From assembly GCA_028716965.1 (NCBI GenBank), contig JAQUOV010000010.1:1-58239 (forward strand): a stretch of 58,239 nucleotides of DNA, given 5' to 3'. This document shows, piece by piece, positions 52,362 through 58,239 of the stretch (the stretch's first letter is position 1; the number at the start of each line of letters is the position of its first letter). The position numbers and the translations under genes were made by a program. The notes under the pieces were generated by a model. That model saw only the letters and a list, made by a program, of their open reading frames with translations, was not told the DNA's origin and did no database searches. This stretch comes from Candidatus Omnitrophota bacterium. GTDB lineage: Bacteria > Omnitrophota > Gorgyraeia > Gygaellales > Profunditerraquicolaceae.

Positions 52362-53759
52362 GTGAGGAGTAAAACAATATTTAGTTGTGCTAATTGCGGG
52401 TATCAGTCTCCCAAGTGGCTGGGTAAATGCCCGGATTGCAGCAGTTGGAACTCTTTCAACGAAGAGGATTATGCGGCACCTTCTTCCGGCACAAAGGAAA
52501 GGGTGTCATTATATAAAGACGGCCCTGTGCTTTTAAAAGATGTGGTAGCCGGCGAAGAGGAGAGGTTAAAGACCGATATCCGTGAACTGGACCGGGTTTT
52601 AGGAGGCGGGATCGTTAAGGGGTCGGTCATCTTAATCGGGGGCGACCCGGGGGTGGGAAAGTCTACGATCTCCCTGCAGGTTTCAAACCACCTGACTAAG
52701 CAGGATATAGGCGTGCTTTACGTAAGCGGCGAGGAATCGGTGTCCCAGACTAAGCTGCGCGCAAAGCGTTTAGGCGAATCCGGTTCAGATAATCTTTATA
52801 TCGTCAATCAAACGGATTTGTCTTTAATCATTGAATACATCAAAAAGCTAAAGCCCCAGGTAGTAGTCATTGATTCCATACAGGTTATTTTTGATCCGGC
52901 GATAAGCTCTTCACCCGGAAGCGTAAGCCAGGTAAGGGAGTGCGCAGGCGCCCTGACGCAATTAGCCAAAACCACAGGTATTTCAATCTTTATTATCGGG
53001 CACGTTACCAAGGAAGGCGCCTTGGCCGGGCCGCGTGTCCTGGAGCACATTGTTGATACAGTGTTGTATTTTGAAGGCGACCGTTTCGCTATATACAGGA
53101 TATTGCGGGCGGTAAAAAACAGGTTTGGCTCAACCAATGAAATAGGGGTATTTGAAATGGGCCCGGAAGGCTTGTCTGAAGTGAAAAACCCTTCGGAGAT
53201 CTTCCTTTCCGAGCGGCCAAGCAATGTTTCCGGTTCGATTGTGACTTCAATACTGGAAGGAACGCGGCCGCTTTTGGTAGAGATACAATCCCTGGTTTCA
53301 AGGAGCAGCTTTGGCTATGCCAGCAGAAGGGCCCAGGGGTTTGATTTTAACCGGTTATCTTTACTGGTAGCGGTTTTAGAAAAACGCATGGGCTTGGCAC
53401 TTGAGGCGGAAGATATCTTTATCAATGTGGCAGGCGGGATCAAAATAGAAGACCCGGCGGCGGATTTGGCGGTCTGCGCGGTGGTTGCCTCCAGCTTCCG
53501 TGAGCAGGTGGTTATGCCGCAGGCCGTGGTTTTAGGAGAGGTGGGGTTATCAGGAGAGATCAGGAGTATCTCGCAGGTACTTACGCGCATTAACGAAGCG
53601 GAAAAGTTAGGTTTTAAACATTGTATATTGCCCAAGAATAGCTGTAAAAACCTGAAACTTAATAAATCGAATATGGAGATTATCCCGGTCTCTACGTTAA
53701 AAGAAGCTTTGGATATTATACTAGGTACACCTATCAAGCAACAGGGCACCTTGCGCTAA
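52362..53759 (+). CDS. radA: DNA repair protein RadA/Sms
   Basis: GTG start. Zinc finger CANCGYQSPKWLGKCPDC, Walker A GGDPGVGKST, KNRFG, and a Lon-like C-terminal domain. Confidence 0.95.
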   Translation: MRSKTIFSCANCGYQSPKWLGKCPDCSSWNSFNEEDYAAPSSGTKERVSLYKDGPVLLKDVVAGEEERLKTDIRELDRVLGGGIVKGSVILIGGDPGVGKSTISLQVSNHLTKQDIGVLYVSGEESVSQTKLRAKRLGESGSDNLYIVNQTDLSLIIEYIKKLKPQVVVIDSIQVIFDPAISSSPGSVSQVRECAGALTQLAKTTGISIFIIGHVTKEGALAGPRVLEHIVDTVLYFEGDRFAIYRILRAVKNRFGSTNEIGVFEMGPEGLSEVKNPSEIFLSERPSNVSGSIVTSILEGTRPLLVEIQSLVSRSSFGYASRRAQGFDFNRLSLLVAVLEKRMGLALEAEDIFINVAGGIKIEDPAADLAVCAVVASSFREQVVMPQAVVLGEVGLSGEIRSISQVLTRINEAEKLGFKHCILPKNSCKNLKLNKSNMEIIPVSTLKEALDIILGTPIKQQGTLR

Positions 53760-53838
53760 AGCAGCCCGGAGCTAATCGGCATTGCCCGGTGTGCGCTATT
53801 TAGCGCAGTATGCCCTTCTGGGCAAGGAGGTTAAAAGG

Positions 53839-54819
53839 ATGAATTTGTTATTAATACGGATTTTATTTATTCTAAGCGGTATGGTCATCGGTTATCAGAC
53901 AGCAGACCCGGAATGGTCGGGTTTTATCGGCATGATTATCGGCGGTTTAATGGCGTTAATGTTGATCCTTTTGGAGGCGGGCTTGCGTAAGGTTTCGGTA
54001 AGCGGATTATCCAGCGCCGTATTTGGTTTGATCCTGGGTTTAATTATGGCTAAACTTTCCGGAGATGCCTTCAGCCTTTTCTATACCGACCCGCTCATGC
54101 TTTCCAGGGTGAGGGTTATCTTGACTTTGATTTTCTGCTATTTAGGCATGGTTGTGGCCTTGCGCGGTAAGGATGAGTTTAATATTATTATCCCTTATGT
54201 GCGCCTGCGCCGGCAGGACCAATCAGGGGATGTTGTAATTTTTGATACCAGTGTAATTATTGACGGAAGGATCATCGATATTTGCAAGACGCGTTTCCTG
54301 GGAGGAAAGATTGTGATCCCCAAATTCGTGCTCAGGGAGTTACAGCAGATTGCCGATTCCACCGACCCGATCAAGCGGCAGAGGGGCAGAAGGGGTCTTG
54401 AGATACTGAATACTATTCAAAAAGAATCGGGAATGGATATAACTATCCATGAGCAGGATTTCGCCGAGACTACGGAGGTTGACGCAAAACTGGTTTTGTT
54501 AGCCAAACTGCTTGAGGCTAAAATCCTTACCGTAGATTTTAATTTAAACCGTGTAGCCAGTATCCAGGGGATCAAGGTTTTGAATATTAATGAATTGGCC
54601 AATGCCTTAAAACCGATGGTCTTTCCCGGCGAAGAAATGCATATCAAGCTGATTAAAGAGGGCAAGGAGTATAATCAGGCGGTGGGTTATCTTGATGACG
54701 GGACAATGGTGGTAGTGGAGGAGGCGCGCCGGTTGATCGGCCAGGATGTAAAAGTTGTAGCTACCTCGGTACTTCAGACCCAGGCAGGCAGGATGATCTT
54801 TACCAAGATTACAAAATAA
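53839..54819 (+). CDS. yacL: Membrane-anchored PIN/TRAM-domain protein (YacL-like)
   Basis: ATG 53839 follows AAGGAGG. There are 3-4 TM helices, then a PIN domain ([14 protein letters not shown]) and a C-terminal TRAM domain (..[14 protein letters not shown]..). Confidence 0.8.
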   Translation: MNLLLIRILFILSGMVIGYQTADPEWSGFIGMIIGGLMALMLILLEAGLRKVSVSGLSSAVFGLILGLIMAKLSGDAFSLFYTDPLMLSRVRVILTLIFCYLGMVVALRGKDEFNIIIPYVRLRRQDQSGDVVIFDTSVIIDGRIIDICKTRFLGGKIVIPKFVLRELQQIADSTDPIKRQRGRRGLEILNTIQKESGMDITIHEQDFAETTEVDAKLVLLAKLLEAKILTVDFNLNRVASIQGIKVLNINELANALKPMVFPGEEMHIKLIKEGKEYNQAVGYLDDGTMVVVEEARRLIGQDVKVVATSVLQTQAGRMIFTKITK

Positions 54820-55505
54820 TGCTTAGCGCAATTCTTTTGGCAGCCGGAAAAGGCAGCCGGCTTAATTCCAGAACGCCGAAACCTTTGGTAAAAATATGCG
54901 GGAAGCCGGCGATAATCTATTCTCTTGAAAGCTTGAACAGGCATCCGGTTATAGATGAGATTGTTTTGGTGCTTAACCGGGCTAACCGGGGTCAAATAAG
55001 CAGGCTAATAAAAAAATATTCTTTCGGAAAATTAAGAGTCCTTGTTTTAGGCGGACAGCGCAGGCAGGATTCGGTATATAATGGGCTTAAAGCAGCCAGT
55101 AAGAACAGCGATTGGGTATTGATACATGATTCTGCGCGGCCGTTTATTGACGCCGGGTCTATTACGAAAGTTATCGCAGCGGCAAAGAAGACCGGCTCGG
55201 CCATACTGGCAGTAAGGCCTAAAGCGACCATAAAGTTTTCCCGAATGGGAAATATAGTCAGCCGGACTTTAAACAGGGACAAGCTTTGGGAGGCGCAGAC
55301 CCCGCAGGTCTTTAAGAAAAATATCCTTCTTGAGGCGTATAAGAAACACTTCCGGGGTAGCGTTACCGACGATGCTTCTTTAATCGAAAAGTCAGGCAGG
55401 AGAGTAAATATCGTTGAAGGAAGTTATTCCAATATAAAGATCACTACTGTTGAAGACTTATTGATGGCAGGGTTAATTGCCAAGGGGAAACCGGATGCAA
55501 TATAA
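54819..55505 (+). CDS. ispD: 2-C-methyl-D-erythritol 4-phosphate cytidylyltransferase
   Basis: ILLAAGKGSRL, VLIHDSARPF, QTPQVF, DDASLIE. Confidence 0.9.
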   Translation: MLSAILLAAGKGSRLNSRTPKPLVKICGKPAIIYSLESLNRHPVIDEIVLVLNRANRGQISRLIKKYSFGKLRVLVLGGQRRQDSVYNGLKAASKNSDWVLIHDSARPFIDAGSITKVIAAAKKTGSAILAVRPKATIKFSRMGNIVSRTLNRDKLWEAQTPQVFKKNILLEAYKKHFRGSVTDDASLIEKSGRRVNIVEGSYSNIKITTVEDLLMAGLIAKGKPDAI

Positions 55506-55974
55506 AATCGGCATAGGTTATGATATCCACCGCCTGGAACCGGGCAGGCCGTTATTCTTAGGCGGCGTAGAGATACCTTATGGTAAAGGACTCCTGGGGC
55601 ATTCGGACGGGGATGCATTAATCCATGCGCTTTGTGATGCCTTATTAGGGGCTTTGGCATTAGGGGATATCGGAGAACATTTTCCCGACACTGATCCAAA
55701 ATATAAAGGGATCTCCGGCAGCCGGCTGTTAAAGACGGTCAAGGAGCTTGTTGATAGCAACGGGTACGGGATTAATAATGTTGATGTGGTAGTCATTACC
55801 CAGGAACCGAAGCTGGTTCCTTTTAAGAATAAAATTAAACAAACACTCTGTTCGTTGATGAATATCCGGGAAGATACTTTGAACATAAAGGCAAAAACAA
55901 ACGAAGGGTTGGATGCCGTAGGCAATAAGGAAGCCATTGCCTGTTACGCAGCAGTTTCTTTAATTAAAAGCTAG
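55495..55974 (+). CDS. ispF: 2-C-methyl-D-erythritol 2,4-cyclodiphosphate synthase
   Basis: ATG 55495 gives [44 protein letters not shown]. 11-nt overlap with ispD. Confidence 0.9.
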   Translation: MQYKIGIGYDIHRLEPGRPLFLGGVEIPYGKGLLGHSDGDALIHALCDALLGALALGDIGEHFPDTDPKYKGISGSRLLKTVKELVDSNGYGINNVDVVVITQEPKLVPFKNKIKQTLCSLMNIREDTLNIKAKTNEGLDAVGNKEAIACYAAVSLIKS

Positions 55975-56006
55975 GAAACCCAGCCGGGAAGATACGGAGG
56001 TTAATC

Positions 56007-56687
56007 ATGGCCTATTTTATAAACATAATAATAATACTGGCGCTACTTTTTGTGTTTAAGCTTGCGTTTATTTTCATATTATTCTATTCGGATATAAGGG
56101 CAGTGCAGAAAAGGGACCCCGCGGCAAAGAGTTTTCTGGAGATAGTCCTGCTTTATCAGGGGCTGCACGCCTTAATCAACCATCGGATTGCCCACGTTTT
56201 ATATAAGGCGCATTTATTCCTTTTGGCCAGGGCCTTATCGCAGCTGGGCCGTTTCTTAACGGGTATTGAGATCCATCCGGGGGCTACTATCGGTAAGCGT
56301 TTCTTTATTGACCATGGTATGGGTGTAGTTATCGGGGAGACAACGATTATCGGAGACGATGTCCTGCTTTACCAGGGTTCAACCTTGGGAGGGACAGGGA
56401 TTGTTAAGGGAAAACGCCACCCGACCATCGGCAATAACGTCGTTGTCGGAGCGGGAGCAAAGGTTTTAGGCAATATTACCATCGGGGACAATTCATATAT
56501 CGGAGCAAACGCGGTAGTGATTAAGGATGTGCCGCCGAACTCTACTGTGGTGGGGGTACCGGGCAGGATCACCAAGCAGGACGGCAAGAAGATGGATATA
56601 AGCTTAGACCACGTGCATGTATTGGACCCGATTATGCAGACAATTGAAGAGCTGCAGGATAGGGTTAAAGATTTAGAAAAAAAGTAA
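56007..56687 (+). CDS. cysE: Serine O-acetyltransferase with an N-terminal hydrophobic extension
   Basis: [26 protein letters not shown], hexapeptide repeats, and [14 protein letters not shown]. The strong RBS ACGGAGGT lies 5 nt before ATG 56007. Confidence 0.85.
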   Translation: MAYFINIIIILALLFVFKLAFIFILFYSDIRAVQKRDPAAKSFLEIVLLYQGLHALINHRIAHVLYKAHLFLLARALSQLGRFLTGIEIHPGATIGKRFFIDHGMGVVIGETTIIGDDVLLYQGSTLGGTGIVKGKRHPTIGNNVVVGAGAKVLGNITIGDNSYIGANAVVIKDVPPNSTVVGVPGRITKQDGKKMDISLDHVHVLDPIMQTIEELQDRVKDLEKK

Positions 56688-56703
56688 AGTTAGCAGATTC
56701 TGT

Positions 56704-56848
56704 CTTGCCTTGTTTCTCGCAGGGGCGCTCGTTTGCCCCCGCGAGTCAAACTTCGCTCGGGTTTCGGCCTCGCTCTGCCGGGCTTCGTATTCGGCCGGGC
56801 AACCTTGCCCGCTCGGCCTGCAAACGCCCTGCTCCGAAACAAGTCAAG
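56704..56848 (+). other. GC-rich, highly structured 145-nt intergenic element (candidate ncRNA, leader or MITE-like insert)
   Basis: Long-range inverted repeat: 56704-56727 pairs with 56825-56848 (about 21 bp with one internal loop). It encloses GC-rich sub-hairpins. The composition clearly differs from the flanks. Confidence 0.35.
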
Positions 56849-56880
56849 CCATCTACTAAAATTGTCGTTGGAATTTTGAT

Positions 56881-58239
56881 ATGGAAAATAAAATCTTTAT
56901 ATATAACTCCCTTTCAAGAAAAAAAGAAGAGCTTATCCCCTTAAAACCTGAAGAGATTAAGATGTATGTCTGCGGCCCTACGGTTTACGACCAGCCGCAT
57001 ATCGGCCATGCCCGCAGCGCTTATATATTTGATGTGATCAGGAGGTATTTAATATACAGGGGATACAAGGTTAAGTTCGTCAGGAATGTAACTGATGTAG
57101 ATGATAAAATTATCGATAAAGCGCAAAAAGAGTTTAAGGGCCAGGATCTAAACGAGGCGGTTAAAAAGGTCTCGCTTAAGTACCTGGACCTTTATCATAA
57201 AGATATGGAGAGTTTAGGCATTCTTGAGCCGGATGTTGAGCCCAAGGCAACCGCTTACGTGGATAAAGAAAACCCGTTAATGCAAGAGTTTATCGGCAAG
57301 CTTATTCAAGACGGCTGCGCCTATGTTTCCGAAGGCGATGTGTATTTTGATATCAAGAAGGCGAAAGATTACGGAAAATTATCCAATCAGGCGATAGAAA
57401 AAATGGAAGCAGGCTCAAGGGTTGCTCCCGGAGAGAAAAAGAAAGACCCGCTGGATTTTGCTTTATGGAAGGCAGCTAAAGAAGGGGAGCCTGCCTGGGA
57501 CAGCCCCTGGGGCAGGGGCAGGCCCGGCTGGCATATTGAGTGTTCTGTGATGAGCTCTGATATCTTAGGCGATGAATTTGATATTCACGGCGGCGGCATT
57601 GACCTGATCTTCCCGCACCATGAAAACGAGATAGCGCAGTCAGAAGGCGCGGGCAAGAAATTCGCCCGTTACTGGATCCATCACGGCCTCTTGACCATCA
57701 ACGGCCAGAAGATGGCCAAATCGCTGGGGAATTTTATAACCGTGAAGGATTTCCTGGATAAGTATAAGAACGCTGATTTGTTAAAGCTGCTGTTTTTATC
57801 TACTCATTATTCCCATCCGGTTGATTATACCGATGAAAAAATACAGGAAGCCAAACAGGCTTTGGAAAGAATCAGGATTTTGTGGGATAAACTTGATAAA
57901 ACTTTAGTTAAAAAGTCCGTCGGCAAAACCCCCAACGAACTGGAAGATATTAAAGATAAATTTATCAAGGCCATGGATGATGACTTTAATACCCCGCAAG
58001 CTTTGGCAACAATCTTTGATTTGGTAAATATTTCTAACAAAAATATTTATGACCAAGATTTCATATGTTATGCTGGATTATTTTTGAAAGAATTAACTAA
58101 TATATTTGGTATAGTTTTAGAGAAAGGAATCGGTTCCAAAAATCTTCAGGCCAGCGTACATGTATTAATTAATCAGCGAAACGAAGCGAGGAAGAAAAAA
58201 GATTTTAAGAAATCAGACGAAATTAGGAAAGAATTAGAA
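56881..58239 (+). CDS. cysS: Cysteine--tRNA ligase (3' end beyond the window; absent from the ORF track)
   Basis: Open frame from ATG 56881 to the window end (453 codons). MYVCGPTVYDQPHIGHAR (HIGH), GWHIECS, and KMAKSLGN (KMSKS). Confidence 0.95.
   Translation, partial: MENKIFIYNSLSRKKEELIPLKPEEIKMYVCGPTVYDQPHIGHARSAYIFDVIRRYLIYRGYKVKFVRNVTDVDDKIIDKAQKEFKGQDLNEAVKKVSLKYLDLYHKDMESLGILEPDVEPKATAYVDKENPLMQEFIGKLIQDGCAYVSEGDVYFDIKKAKDYGKLSNQAIEKMEAGSRVAPGEKKKDPLDFALWKAAKEGEPAWDSPWGRGRPGWHIECSVMSSDILGDEFDIHGGGIDLIFPHHENEIAQSEGAGKKFARYWIHHGLLTINGQKMAKSLGNFITVKDFLDKYKNADLLKLLFLSTHYSHPVDYTDEKIQEAKQALERIRILWDKLDKTLVKKSVGKTPNELEDIKDKFIKAMDDDFNTPQALATIFDLVNISNKNIYDQDFICYAGLFLKELTNIFGIVLEKGIGSKNLQASVHVLINQRNEARKKKDFKKSDEIRKELE

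Noticed and set aside
56688-56880. T-box leader for cysS
   Set aside because: There is no T-box sequence (AANNNGGGTGGTACCGCG-like), no AG bulge/GNUGGNA distal loop elements, and no terminator/antiterminator pair with a U-tract. The region is reported instead as an unclassified structured element.

Overview
This 58.2-kb window is densely coded, mostly on the + strand. It comes from a diderm bacterium: a TolC-MacAB pump, an alginate-export-type porin, LolCDE and MlaEFD are all present. I cannot name the lineage from sequence alone.

Core content:
- Transport and envelope: NCS2 purine permease; XRE-TolC-MacA-MacB operon.
- RNA and glucan: RRM RNA-binding protein; alpha-glucan phosphorylase.
- Replication and translation block: tRNA-Arg(ACG)-tadA-tRNA-Ser(GCT)-NIL-dnaX-recR-ABC-F-tRNA-Asn(GTT).
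- Cation/proton antiporter, and a carbamoyltransferase/SxtJ-like/DUF5989 triad.
- purU, then a carotenoid/isoprenoid cluster: crtI, ispH, crtB, crtYc, crtYd, a TPR protein, a polyprenyl synthase and an NDH-2-like flavoprotein.
- Membrane and redox genes: DoxX; CcdA/DsbD-like protein; DUF1573; HtpX.
- lysS, lolC/lolD and ilvE.
- A Firmicutes-like block mcsA-mcsB-clpC-[mlaEFD]-radA-yacL-ispD-ispF-cysE-cysS. cysS runs off the 3' end and is absent from the ORF track.

The most unusual part is a visibly AT-richer accessory island directly downstream of tRNA-Asn (about 16.8-26.8 kb). It contains:
- A 2.8-kb cassette bounded by 79-bp near-perfect inverted repeats. Inside, an orphan AbiEi-like gene lies divergent to a three-gene hipB / hipA-N-domain-like / hipA-kinase-like (HipBST-type) module. 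The shared promoter region carries a 28-nt palindrome and four TATACCC-N4-GGGTATA dyads.
- An adjacent frame-broken IS481-type element.
- A run of secreted and membrane protein genes, each preceded by variants of one repeated box/hairpin/promoter module.

Other notable points:
- The 3'-terminal 13-14 nt of tRNA-Ser and tRNA-Asn are each duplicated about 100-125 nt downstream.
- lysS contains an exact 42-bp in-frame tandem duplication.
- lysS has a consensus promoter that implies a near-leaderless mRNA.
- The doxX and htpX leaders share a TGCCGT-N7-ACGGCA dyad.
- A GC-rich, highly structured 145-nt element lies between cysE and cysS.

No rRNA, CRISPR array or recognisable riboswitch was seen. 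All calls rest on by-eye motif and family recognition; no database search was run.
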